From positions 84,383 to 148,382 of the forward strand of contig JAUXTO010000013.1 in NCBI GenBank assembly GCA_030679255.1: a stretch of 64,000 nt of DNA. Reading direction: 5' to 3'. The position numbers and the translations under genes were made by a program. The notes below the pieces were generated by a model that saw only the letters and a program-made list of their open reading frames with translations, was not told the origin of the DNA and made no database searches. Below, one piece after another: positions 1-10,119 of this stretch (position 1 is its first letter; every line of letters starts with the position of its first letter). The DNA comes from Candidatus Gottesmanbacteria bacterium. GTDB taxonomy: Bacteria; Patescibacteriota; Microgenomatia; UBA10105; UBA927.

Positions 1-520
1 AAAAATACGCAGCCCATATATTGATCGTTAATCCAATATTCGCTTCAAAGGCTATCCGCGAAAATTGTATGTGCCATGGTGAAATGGCCATAAATAATGA
101 TGCGAGAATTGGCAATGCACCTGCGATTCTGGGCGAAACTCCCATCACGGTCTCACTCTGATCTTCCCGGGCGTGACGCACTAAAATTTCTACTAAAAAA
201 TATGTCCCGAGAACTGCCAATACGCCAAATAACGCAGAAGGTAACCGAACGGCAAAAACAGAAAGTCCAAATACTGCAACCGATGGAACAGTCAGATAGA
301 CATACAATGGAGGTTTATAATCATCAAAAGACCGAAAACTTAATGGCAAAAAGGACCCATACTCATCCCGACCGGTTTTCAATATACTGTACGCGTTATA
401 CCCCAGAGACACTTCATCCCAGTCAGGACTCACCGGCACGGCACCTAACTGCCAAAATCGCAAAACGATCGCGAGAAATAAAATAATCGCAACGGGAATC
501 GCTGAATATAATCGTTTCAT
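1..520 (-). CDS. ArnT/PMT-like GT-C glycosyltransferase, 5' part (runs off the window)
   Basis: Not in the ORF track. Manual translation from ATG at 520 gives MKRLYSAIPVAIILFLAIVLRFWQLGAVPVSPDWDEVSLGYNAYSILKTGRDEYG, the same N-terminal DE..GYNAYSILKTG.DE motif as the neighbouring paralogs. Confidence 0.85.
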   Translation of the reverse strand, partial: MKRLYSAIPVAIILFLAIVLRFWQLGAVPVSPDWDEVSLGYNAYSILKTGRDEYGSFLPLSFRSFDDYKPPLYVYLTVPSVAVFGLSVFAVRLPSALFGVLAVLGTYFLVEILVRHAREDQSETVMGVSPRIAGALPILASLFMAISPWHIQFSRIAFEANIGLTINIWAAYF

Positions 521-526
521 AGCGGA

Positions 527-2167
527 TTACTTCTCAAATAAGGTTAAAACCGGACTACCGTCTAATAATGCAATAGTTTTTATAATTTTTACTCCTGTTG
601 GAACTTGGTTGGGTGGGAAAATGTAGAGTGAACCATCATCCAGAACAGGAAGCGCACTCCCAAAAATAAACGGACCGAATCCGTCAACATGATAAAACCC
701 TGCAGCGTCAAAATATGATGAGTTCCTTTTTTGAAACTCCTCAGGATTATATGCGGTATAAAAAAGTGCATACATATACGCCCTGCCGATTGACTCACTT
801 AAATATATTTTTTTATACTTATTCGTATTGGCGTTTACATATTGAAGCGCCTGCTTGTATCCATATTGCCATTCACCGGAATATATTCTCGGGTAATGGA
901 TGTAATAATTATGAAGGTAATAGCTGACATTCCCTACATACAAAACAACAAGCAATATACTGCATAAAAGATAAACCTTCTTTTTGTGAACGTTGCTCAA
1001 AAAAACGACAATACCAAAAGCAATAAAAATATGCCAAGTCGGAAGTGAGTTGAGTATTCGAAGAGCGTGAGGTGTCTCGCGGGCAACAGCCGCAGGAATA
1101 ATCGCCGTGATAAGCCAATAGATCAAAAACCACGCCTGCGGACGGAAATATGCAAACATGGTGTACACGCCAAGCAACAAGAACGGCAAATCCACACCAT
1201 ACAGTTGGCCTACATCCTGTGTAGAGAATTTCGGATTACCATCGCCTTTTATGAACAAAAAATCCGCGGTAAAATGATCAAAATAGTGAGATAAGAAACT
1301 GCGGGCATACCCTATTCGTCTATTGTCAAAAATAGCGGATATAAACGAATGATTATCAAATGCTCTCCGGTCGTTTGCTCTCTCCACGATACTACTATCT
1401 GAAAAAATATTCACTTCGTTATACCGAAGTCTTGCTTCTTTAGAAAATAAATGCGGAAGTATGGGGAGTAGGAGAACGATCGATAGAATAATTCCTCCCA
1501 GAAAAATCTTTTTATGGACTACTACCTGTTTTCCTATGAAAACAACTACCCCGAGAGCCGCAAACGGGACGAAATACCGTGCACTGTTGAAGGTATAGAC
1601 CGCAGCGACAAACGGCAGCCAACAAACCCAGTAGAGTCTCTCCTGTCGACGAGCCGCCAAGCATAACACAGTTCCAAGGACGATAAAAAAGAGGGCAATA
1701 GTTGCCTCAAACCCGGCCCGCGACAGATTGATGTGCCAGGGAGACAACGCCAGTATCGCTGCTGCAATACTGGCAACATCAAATGACCAATGACCAATGA
1801 CCAATGGTGATATTTCCTTTTCCCGAAATAATTCTTTTACGAGAAAATACGTTAATAGGACGGTCAATGTACCAAAAATTACTGAAGGCAATCGGACGGC
1901 TAATTCGTTCAAGCCGAACAATGCGACAAAAGGAACAGTGAGATAAATCGCGAGCGGTGGTTTATAGTCGCCGTAGCCCACAAACGTATCAATCGGCAAA
2001 AACCGGCCATGTTCATCGCGACCCGTCTTAAGGATGCTATATGCATTGTATCCAATCGATACTTCATCCCAAGAGAGAGCCGGAGGATTATCCCAAACGT
2101 TATAAAAACGGAGACCAAACGCAAGACCTACAATAAAAATTAATATGATTCGTATTTTGATACTCAC
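527..2167 (-). CDS. ArnT/PMT-like (GT83/GT39-like) polytopic glycosyltransferase
   Basis: WDEVSIGYNAYSILKTGRDE motif, AVRLPS, SPWH..SR...E and many TM helices. Confidence 0.85.
   Translation of the reverse strand: MSIKIRIILIFIVGLAFGLRFYNVWDNPPALSWDEVSIGYNAYSILKTGRDEHGRFLPIDTFVGYGDYKPPLAIYLTVPFVALFGLNELAVRLPSVIFGTLTVLLTYFLVKELFREKEISPLVIGHWSFDVASIAAAILALSPWHINLSRAGFEATIALFFIVLGTVLCLAARRQERLYWVCWLPFVAAVYTFNSARYFVPFAALGVVVFIGKQVVVHKKIFLGGIILSIVLLLPILPHLFSKEARLRYNEVNIFSDSSIVERANDRRAFDNHSFISAIFDNRRIGYARSFLSHYFDHFTADFLFIKGDGNPKFSTQDVGQLYGVDLPFLLLGVYTMFAYFRPQAWFLIYWLITAIIPAAVARETPHALRILNSLPTWHIFIAFGIVVFLSNVHKKKVYLLCSILLVVLYVGNVSYYLHNYYIHYPRIYSGEWQYGYKQALQYVNANTNKYKKIYLSESIGRAYMYALFYTAYNPEEFQKRNSSYFDAAGFYHVDGFGPFIFGSALPVLDDGSLYIFPPNQVPTGVKIIKTIALLDGSPVLTLFEK
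1781..1808. repeat. Heptamer tandem array (CAATGAC)n inside the CDS
   Basis: aaatgac caatgac caatgac caatggt, read as LVIGHWSF on the coding strand. Confidence 0.8.
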
Positions 2168-3837
2168 GGTTTTGGAATAGTAATGACCGGCGCTAGTGAT
2201 ATGCTTTCAATCAGTTGAAACGCTTCGGCTCCATCTCTCCAGTTGATGCGTTCGATGAGCTTCGAATTTGGCGTGGCGATGCACCCACCCTTATTTATAT
2301 ACAAAATCCGTAAACCGGGATACTGTCGATCCATAGTTTCACGATATTTTGCGCTGGGACAGTCTAACGGAACAAATATATATTTATCATACCCTGTATA
2401 ATCATAATCTCGTGGTGATCCCAACTCTTGATAACGCGCGGGGCTATAACCCGTATAAAATAACAAATAAATATACGGACTTGAGTTCGTTTTTGTAACA
2501 ACAATTTTATCGTAATTCTGGGTACTTTGTTGCAGGGACTCTACCAACTCCTTGTAGGCAAATCCACGATAATAGGGTAAATGAAAAGGCTGATGAAAAA
2601 ACAATGCGTGGATAAAAAACGAAATATTGACCCCATAGAAAACAGCTATTCCTAAAACCACACCGACGCGAAAGTTCTTACGAACGCATGCAATAGATTG
2701 AAGGATTCCATATGCAACCAAGATGCTGCCCGGCATGATCGCAAAATAGTATCGATGAATATTTGGAGTTTCCTGACCAAATACTGCCAACCCGAGCGGC
2801 GTAAGTAATAACCATCCGAATATGAAATATCCCCACCGCTTTTTCGACTTTACTATTTGATACAAACCAATGAGCATGAATGGCAAGTCGATCAAATACA
2901 TAAATCCAATATTTGGAATTTTTTCCCGTTCCGGTTGATTCGCCTGAAAAAATAAAAAGTCAAATCCAAAATAATTAGTGTAATTACGGATCATATATCT
3001 GCCATAATCAACAATTTTATTGTGATATATACGAGTGGATAGCATGGGAGACCCCGATACTCCATCTTCCCGTATTTGTTCGTTGAGCGGCAATATCACA
3101 TCCTGAGATGAAAATATATTTACTTGCCCGAAACGGGAACCCGAAGATCCAAACATCAAATATATAGCGGTCAACAGAATAGCTATCATATATCCAGCAA
3201 AAACAAGTTTCATTTTTTTATCCAATCGCGGGAAGTAATACCAAAATAAAAGCGGAATAAATCCCAACAACAATACTCTGGGAGAGGCATAGGTGAAACA
3301 ACTTATAATCCAAAATCCTAATCCACAGACCGCCCAGATATATTTTTTGGTGTCCACATATTTTCCGGCACAATACCAGCCAACGAGCATAAAAAGCACG
3401 GCAACCAATGGATCACTTTGCGCTCTTGAAAGAAGTACGGAACTTGGTGAAAACGAAACGATCGCTGCGGTGATCAATGAAAGAAGTACATGTTGTGTAA
3501 GTGCAAACGTCACAACTGCGGATACCAACACAATCAATATTCCTGCGACAGCAGAAGGCATTCTGACGGAAAATTCATTGAGTCCAAATAGTGCGACAAA
3601 TGGAACAGTAAGATAGGAATAGATAGCTCCCTTATAGTCATCAAACGACCTGAGCACAAGTGGGATTGGCTTGCCGTATTCGTCTTTTCCGGTTTTCAGA
3701 AGTGAATACGCATTGTATCCAAAAGCAGCCTCGTCCGCGTGAAATCCTTCCGGAATCTTATCGATTTTCCATATACGGATGATAGCCCCAGACAAGAGAA
3801 TAAAAAAAAGTATAACAAATATCTGCGTTCGTTTCAT
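2164..3837 (-). CDS. ArnT/PMT-like GT-C glycosyltransferase
   Basis: ADEAAFGYNAYSLLKTGKDEYG motif, multi-TM. Start moved to ATG 3837. Confidence 0.85.
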   Translation of the reverse strand: MKRTQIFVILFFILLSGAIIRIWKIDKIPEGFHADEAAFGYNAYSLLKTGKDEYGKPIPLVLRSFDDYKGAIYSYLTVPFVALFGLNEFSVRMPSAVAGILIVLVSAVVTFALTQHVLLSLITAAIVSFSPSSVLLSRAQSDPLVAVLFMLVGWYCAGKYVDTKKYIWAVCGLGFWIISCFTYASPRVLLLGFIPLLFWYYFPRLDKKMKLVFAGYMIAILLTAIYLMFGSSGSRFGQVNIFSSQDVILPLNEQIREDGVSGSPMLSTRIYHNKIVDYGRYMIRNYTNYFGFDFLFFQANQPEREKIPNIGFMYLIDLPFMLIGLYQIVKSKKRWGYFIFGWLLLTPLGLAVFGQETPNIHRYYFAIMPGSILVAYGILQSIACVRKNFRVGVVLGIAVFYGVNISFFIHALFFHQPFHLPYYRGFAYKELVESLQQSTQNYDKIVVTKTNSSPYIYLLFYTGYSPARYQELGSPRDYDYTGYDKYIFVPLDCPSAKYRETMDRQYPGLRILYINKGGCIATPNSKLIERINWRDGAEAFQLIESISLAPVITIPKP

Positions 3838-3898
3838 GGCTAGTATCGTAGTATTTTTTGGACTCTTCAAGTATTATATCCTAGATAAAGAAAAAAAC

Positions 3899-5626
3899 AT
3901 GGGCAAATCTCTATTATTATATCTGACAGCAGTTACCCTATTTACCCTGGTTTTATTTTGGCCGTTTACCCTCCATATCCACGACTCGGTCGTCAATGTC
4001 ATCGACCCTTTATTTTACGCATGGAATTTATCGCATAATGCTGACCATTGGTTTAATGGTTTTGATGCACTCGTCAATACAAATATTTTTTATCCTCTGA
4101 CCAACACCATTGCGTACTCAGATACTCTTTGGGGCCAAAGTGTATTTATAAACCCGATTATATGGATTACCCATAACCCGATCTTGGCACAAAACATAGC
4201 TGTCCTTCTCTCATTCCCACTTTCAGCTCTGGCTATGTTCCTGCTGTCGTATTATTGCACGCGAAATAAAATAGCATCCTTTCTATCCGGAGTATTTTAT
4301 GCTTTTTCATACCCACGGCTTTCTCAAGTCGGACATCTGCCCATGATCAGCAGTCAATGGCTACCCCTCTATATACTCTATCTGTTTAAATTTTTGGGTG
4401 ACCGTACCCGGAAAAATTTCCTTCTCGTATGCATCTGGTATATTCTTTCGATAACATCAAGCATCTATTTTGGTATTTTTCTCATACCGGTAACCGTGAT
4501 CATGATCGTTGCGGACGTTATAAAACATTTGTATCGTCATACCGTATACCAATATAAAAATACAGCACTAACCATCCTTCCTGTGATCGTGCCGTTTATC
4601 ATTGTGGTAGGCATCGTATTATTCCCGTATATCCGCCTAAAAGCAGAGAATCCTGATATAAAACGCACCATAGACGACGTGACGCATTTACGGGCCAACA
4701 TAACGGATTATTTCAGCGTGCTTCCCACTAGCCTCAATATCTATAAGCTTCCGACTAACACGAACGAACACGTTCTCTTCCCTACGATCACGGTACTTCT
4801 CCTTGCTGTCTTTGGTCTCGTTACATCGTATAAACGCAATAGATACACGGTGAGCATAATCGTACTTATTGCATTCATGTCTTTTGTCCTGTCTCTTGGA
4901 AATGAACAGAGATTTACTATCGGATCATATCTCACTGACTCTATAAAGCTACCTTATTATTACCTCTATACCATATTCCCAATGTTTCAAATGATCCGCG
5001 TACCTGCCCGATTTGGAATATTTGTCATTATTGCTCTCAGTGTACTTGCGGCATGGGGCATCGATCATGTCCTGAAAAAAAGTAAATCATTATGGATGAT
5101 GGGAATATTTCTTTGTCTGTTTATTTTTGAAGTCTGGCAAACCACCACTCCATTCGTCACTATCCCTCTTGAGCAATCTATTCCAGACATCTACATGTGG
5201 ATACGCGACCAACCTGAACCAATGATACTCGCCGAGCTTCCCGTATCTCTATCCTTCTACTACGGGAATAACATGGAAGATCAATTATATAGATCCTATA
5301 CTGCGCTCGGGAAGCCGGATGTCTATGCGTTAGAAACGTATCGGATATACTTCTCATCTTTTCACAAAAAACGCATGATAAATGGCTATAGCGGCTTCTC
5401 GCCGGAAAGTTATAATAGAATAGTGGACACTCTGGAAAACTTCCCTTCTGAAGTCTCGATAAAAGCCCTGCAGGACATCGGTGTGACGCATGCAGTCCTC
5501 CATATTCGGCAATATGAAGAGAAAAAAAGAAATGAAATAATACAAGCTCTGACTAACGCATCATTGTTGACCCTCACCTATTCTCACAACGATGATCTAG
5601 TCTATACAATTAATAAGAAGCAATAA
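3899..5626 (+). CDS. Polytopic GT-C/YfhO-like membrane protein (putative glycosyltransferase)
   Basis: DPLFYAWNL...NIFYP...AYSD loop, many TM helices, RVPARF and INGYSGF motifs in a soluble C-terminal domain. Start moved to ATG 3899. Confidence 0.7.
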   Translation: MGKSLLLYLTAVTLFTLVLFWPFTLHIHDSVVNVIDPLFYAWNLSHNADHWFNGFDALVNTNIFYPLTNTIAYSDTLWGQSVFINPIIWITHNPILAQNIAVLLSFPLSALAMFLLSYYCTRNKIASFLSGVFYAFSYPRLSQVGHLPMISSQWLPLYILYLFKFLGDRTRKNFLLVCIWYILSITSSIYFGIFLIPVTVIMIVADVIKHLYRHTVYQYKNTALTILPVIVPFIIVVGIVLFPYIRLKAENPDIKRTIDDVTHLRANITDYFSVLPTSLNIYKLPTNTNEHVLFPTITVLLLAVFGLVTSYKRNRYTVSIIVLIAFMSFVLSLGNEQRFTIGSYLTDSIKLPYYYLYTIFPMFQMIRVPARFGIFVIIALSVLAAWGIDHVLKKSKSLWMMGIFLCLFIFEVWQTTTPFVTIPLEQSIPDIYMWIRDQPEPMILAELPVSLSFYYGNNMEDQLYRSYTALGKPDVYALETYRIYFSSFHKKRMINGYSGFSPESYNRIVDTLENFPSEVSIKALQDIGVTHAVLHIRQYEEKKRNEIIQALTNASLLTLTYSHNDDLVYTINKKQ

Positions 5627-5631
5627 TATCT

Positions 5632-8058
5632 ATGAAAAGACTATTACTCCTCTACAAAAACCCTTTCTGTATTCTTGGGTTTATTACCATAATATTTTTC
5701 TGGCAAATATTTTTCAAAGGATATGTTCCTTTTCCCGGTGATTTACTGCTTTCGGAATATAATCCCTGGCGCCAGAGCTCCTACTTCGGATACGCTCCTG
5801 GAGCAGTACCGAATAAAGCTCAATATTTTGACACAATCCGGGAATTCTACCCATGGTTGGACTTCACCGTTGGCGAAATAAAAAAAGGAAACATGCCACT
5901 TTGGAATCCTTATAACTTCTCCGGACAACCGCATATAGCCAATTTCCTTACCGCAGTTTTCTACCCTCTGAATTTCATTTATTTTACGATCGGGACCATC
6001 CGTGGATACTCTCTCATGATTGTGCTTGCCCCATTCCTAACGTCCATATTTATGTATTTGTATGCCAAAAAAATCGGAATCTCTCCAATCGGATCTTTCT
6101 TTTCTGCATTGATACTCGCGTACTCTTCGTATATGGTTGATTGGCTGGAATTCGGGGTGGTAGGACATACTCTTGCCTGGTTTCCGCTGGCGCTCTACGC
6201 GATAGAACATTTACGGACCGGTCATAGCACGAAACACTCTCTTATCTTGACGTTTGCGTTGACCGCGTCATTATTTGCCGGATATCCGATGGATTTTATC
6301 TTCTATTTCAGTTTTGTTTTACTCTATCTTGTTTATATTGCCTTTATAGATTCCAAAATCAAGAAACAGCCGTTTACCTTGCCTTTTACCCGTGTCGCAC
6401 CATGCGTAGCATTCTCTTTACTCATCGGGAGCATACAGCTATTCCCCGCTATAGCGTACTACCTCAAGTCAGCCCGGACATCTGTACCCTACGATTTTTT
6501 GATAAATAATATGCTCGTACAACCATATCAGCTGATTATGACCGTGATACCTGATTATTTCGGTAATCCCGTCACAAAAAACTATTGGCTTACGACATCG
6601 TATGTAAGCCTGACGTTATCGTTCGGACTCGCGCCATTACTCTTTGCGTCCATTTTTATCTTCAACCTGCATAAAAAGGAGCGTGTCATGTATCATCGGG
6701 AACATCTGTTTATTGCCGCACTCCTCACCATCTATCTCCTCATCGTAAGAACGCCGCTCACCGAACTATTGTATAGAATGAATATTCCGCTCTTTTCTAC
6801 AAGCTCACCGACCCATCTGTTAACGATCGCCATCTTCATCTGGAGCATTTTAGCTGGACGGGGGTTGGATCTCTATCTGAAAAACAAAGAAAAGCTATAC
6901 ATGCTTATCCCCACCATTCTCGCATTTTGCCTCGCGTGGGCAGGGTTACTCTTTGTGCCGTATGCATATCAAACAGTAGCACTACGTAACAGCGTCTATT
7001 CTACCGGAATTTTTATGACACTATTGGTGTTATTTACTCTCGGATCGATAAAAATGAACGTAAAAAAATACATAATTATACTTATCATCCTCGTGACCAT
7101 CATTGAACGGTTTGTCGCATTTGGAAAATTCAATCCGTTTGTACCCAAAGCGTACGTGTACCCGCAATCAGAAATTTTGACCCACCTTCAATCCATATCC
7201 GGCATCGATAGATTTTATGGATACGGGACAGCAAAGATTGAATCCAATATCAATACGCGGTACAGTCTCCATTCAACAGATGGTTTTGGTGCGATAAACT
7301 ATGCTTTCTATAACGGTTTTATCCGCGCATCCCAAGACGGAAAAATCGTAAAAACGTTTACCCATATAAATCGTAGTGTCGCGGAAATTGCCACGGGGTA
7401 TGGGGCAGAGGATCTTCCGCATAATCTCTACAGGTTACGGATGATGGACGCTCTCGGTGTGAAATATATCCTTGACCGCGTCGAAAATCCAAAAGACGAC
7501 GCTACATTTCCGCGCGACCGGTTCGCGCGGATCTGGGACAATACCGACGGATGGGCAATCTATAAAAATATGTATGCCGCTCCGAGATACTTTTTAACAG
7601 ATAAAATACAATATTACAGTACTGATGCAGAATTCGAAAATATATTTTTTGATCCGAGCTTTAATCCGAGAGACACGGTAGTGTTAGAAAAAAAAGCAGA
7701 ACCACTCATTCACGTTCTTCCGGCAAAGGAAAAAAACGTTGAGCTTGTACGGTATGAACCCAACACCATACAATTCCGTACCAAATCCGATACAGCGCAA
7801 ATTCTCTATCTTTCAGATACGTACGATAAAGGATGGAAATCATTTATTGACGGCAAACAGACCGGAATGTTGAAAGCAAATTACGCATTACGGGCGATAA
7901 ATATCCCGGCCGGAACGCACACTGTTGTCATGAACTACGCACCGGACGAGTTCACATACGGCATAATCGTATCACTCATAGGATTCATACTTTTCACAAT
8001 TTTTTTAACGGTACGGGGCGGCCAAAACGTTAAAGCGCGCCACTCCCGCCTGTGTTGA
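5632..8058 (+). CDS. YfhO-family GT-C membrane glycosyltransferase
   Basis: PLWNPYNFSGQP motif, PDYFGNP and a C-terminal GW...IDG...ANYALRAI.IPAG.H.V signature. Confidence 0.85.
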   Translation: MKRLLLLYKNPFCILGFITIIFFWQIFFKGYVPFPGDLLLSEYNPWRQSSYFGYAPGAVPNKAQYFDTIREFYPWLDFTVGEIKKGNMPLWNPYNFSGQPHIANFLTAVFYPLNFIYFTIGTIRGYSLMIVLAPFLTSIFMYLYAKKIGISPIGSFFSALILAYSSYMVDWLEFGVVGHTLAWFPLALYAIEHLRTGHSTKHSLILTFALTASLFAGYPMDFIFYFSFVLLYLVYIAFIDSKIKKQPFTLPFTRVAPCVAFSLLIGSIQLFPAIAYYLKSARTSVPYDFLINNMLVQPYQLIMTVIPDYFGNPVTKNYWLTTSYVSLTLSFGLAPLLFASIFIFNLHKKERVMYHREHLFIAALLTIYLLIVRTPLTELLYRMNIPLFSTSSPTHLLTIAIFIWSILAGRGLDLYLKNKEKLYMLIPTILAFCLAWAGLLFVPYAYQTVALRNSVYSTGIFMTLLVLFTLGSIKMNVKKYIIILIILVTIIERFVAFGKFNPFVPKAYVYPQSEILTHLQSISGIDRFYGYGTAKIESNINTRYSLHSTDGFGAINYAFYNGFIRASQDGKIVKTFTHINRSVAEIATGYGAEDLPHNLYRLRMMDALGVKYILDRVENPKDDATFPRDRFARIWDNTDGWAIYKNMYAAPRYFLTDKIQYYSTDAEFENIFFDPSFNPRDTVVLEKKAEPLIHVLPAKEKNVELVRYEPNTIQFRTKSDTAQILYLSDTYDKGWKSFIDGKQTGMLKANYALRAINIPAGTHTVVMNYAPDEFTYGIIVSLIGFILFTIFLTVRGGQNVKARHSRLC

Positions 8059-10074
8059 TTCGACCATATCTTCAAATACACTTGCCGGAATGGCATCAGC
8101 TCGAACGCGAAGCACTCTGATGTCATCATTGGCATAATACATATCCAAAAAGGAAGCCGACGTGGTAGATCCTATCAATGAAACCGGCGAATCGATAATA
8201 TAGCGAATCGGATATTGTTTTACCATAGCTGCGACCTCGATGATATTTAAAGACGACGTGATAATTGATGCGGCTTCTTTTCTTCTTGCGACCTCTTGGG
8301 GCGGGGCTTTAAACCAGTACAAAAACTGCTCTCCGGAATAAAACATCGGTCTATCAAGTAACATGCTAAATACCGGACCTTCCGTGTCAAACTTAAAATA
8401 GCGTGGGTTTACCAGAAACACATCATTGGAGTGTGTTGCGCTTCTCATGGCTACCGCGCCATCGAGAATCCCCTTCGAAATTGAAAAGCCCCTTTTACTT
8501 ATAACATCAGAAAAATTTTGGTATGTTCTGTAAAGTGGTCTGGGCACCGTCAAAAAAATAACAATAAACGCAATTGTTACGCTCAAATATCTGTGCCTAT
8601 CAGTCACATACTGTATAACCAAAGCCGCGTAAAAGGAGGAAAATATGAAAACGGAAATAAGAAAATTAAATGTATTCGACTCTCCGGTATCCTGATTATA
8701 GAAAAATCCCAGAAGAAAACTTGTGAAGAGAGCCGGAAACATAAAGACGTGAAACCCCAGCGGAAATTGTTTTAATGTATTTTTAGTATTAAACAGGGCG
8801 ATGACCTTGGTCCCATAGATGGCGACGATATATATTGCAGTAAATAGGATATTAAAAAACAGTACCTGCATCCATTTATGGTCCCCCTCATAGATAATAC
8901 GTGCCTGTTCCAACCGTAATAGATTCAACCAAGGTTGAACGATAAAATTCTGTGCTCTCCAAAAACCCAAGTAATATAACCCTCCGGCGCCCGCATTTGT
9001 CTGCATATATACGGGAAGAACTAACGCTACGGTGACTAACCCTATTAATGCAGCTATTTTTGACCTATGTCTCATAGCGTCAAATAAGGCAATACTCAAC
9101 AATCCAACATACATAAAAAAAGCCACATATATCTTCATACCAGCAATGCTGGCAAAAAGAAGTGAGGTGACAATGACTGTCAATACGGCAGGTTTTTTTC
9201 GGACATAAAACAACATCATCATTGCAGCTACCCCGACCATCACAGCCATCGCCCTTGGGTAGTTTGCCAAAAAGCCGGGACCGTCTTCAAGGGAGCTCAT
9301 GGAAAAAGACGGAGCGCTTTGTAAAACAGTGATAATCCAATATATCGCGTCGCTTCCAAAGTAAAAGAAAAAAAGAGTCCACAACCCCAAATTCCCGGAT
9401 CCGCCCAATTGCCAAACCAAACCAAACAATAATATGCCCATCATGATAGCAATAAGCACGGTCGAATATTGAAACTGCAACTGAAAAACAGGAAGCCCAG
9501 ATATACGGGATGTTTCTCCAACTACGATATTTGACCAATAGTGATAATTTTCCAACAATGCACCGGTCATACCCGGATGCTCAGGGGGAATTGAATCTAT
9601 TATTTTTCTTGATAATGATCCATAGAAAAAATTATCATTTGCATTACCGCAGCAATAATAGGCAGTGTCTTTAAGTACCACTCCGGTAAACCAAATAGTC
9701 GAGAGCTGCATAAACGAACCGATGAGTATGATCGCCCACAATTTCCAATTCATTGTAAAGGGCGCTCCTATTTCAGTTTTTTGACTTTTCCGCCGCACAA
9801 TCGCCCATATAATAAAACATACAAATAAATAGAAATAGGTGAGAAACCGTATGTGCAAAACCCCAAAAAGGTAACCCTGGTAAGCAAACAACACCATACC
9901 GAGCGTTACGGAAAGCGATATTTTAAAAATCCGGGGAATGCATACTCTACGGAGCAAAAGGGAACCGGGTATATAGTAGGCAATAAATACCACGAAGAAA
10001 TAGTACAAAAACTGCAGCCAAAATATCGGATCTGTGAGAGAAAATGTAGGCATATGAGAATCTGTATATTTCAC
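8005..10074 (-). CDS. Polytopic membrane protein, probable divergent GT-C glycosyltransferase
   Basis: Many TM helices, an extracytoplasmic loop with an acidic residue (NANDNFFY...NYHYWS), a soluble C-terminal domain and glycan-cluster context. Confidence 0.6.
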   Translation of the reverse strand: MKYTDSHMPTFSLTDPIFWLQFLYYFFVVFIAYYIPGSLLLRRVCIPRIFKISLSVTLGMVLFAYQGYLFGVLHIRFLTYFYLFVCFIIWAIVRRKSQKTEIGAPFTMNWKLWAIILIGSFMQLSTIWFTGVVLKDTAYYCCGNANDNFFYGSLSRKIIDSIPPEHPGMTGALLENYHYWSNIVVGETSRISGLPVFQLQFQYSTVLIAIMMGILLFGLVWQLGGSGNLGLWTLFFFYFGSDAIYWIITVLQSAPSFSMSSLEDGPGFLANYPRAMAVMVGVAAMMMLFYVRKKPAVLTVIVTSLLFASIAGMKIYVAFFMYVGLLSIALFDAMRHRSKIAALIGLVTVALVLPVYMQTNAGAGGLYYLGFWRAQNFIVQPWLNLLRLEQARIIYEGDHKWMQVLFFNILFTAIYIVAIYGTKVIALFNTKNTLKQFPLGFHVFMFPALFTSFLLGFFYNQDTGESNTFNFLISVFIFSSFYAALVIQYVTDRHRYLSVTIAFIVIFLTVPRPLYRTYQNFSDVISKRGFSISKGILDGAVAMRSATHSNDVFLVNPRYFKFDTEGPVFSMLLDRPMFYSGEQFLYWFKAPPQEVARRKEAASIITSSLNIIEVAAMVKQYPIRYIIDSPVSLIGSTTSASFLDMYYANDDIRVLRVRADAIPASVFEDMVESTQAGVARFNVLAAPYR

Positions 10075-10119
10075 CTATCACTCATGATAGTATCATAGTG
10101 AAATTATATCGATTATAGT

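Noticed and set aside
97-486. 129-aa + strand ORF
   Set aside because: It is the antisense shadow of the real minus-strand GT-C gene starting at 520.
9778-9789. Single TTTTGACTTTT-like unit (RRKSQK)
   Set aside because: It is only about one and a half units and is expected by chance in Lys-rich loops.
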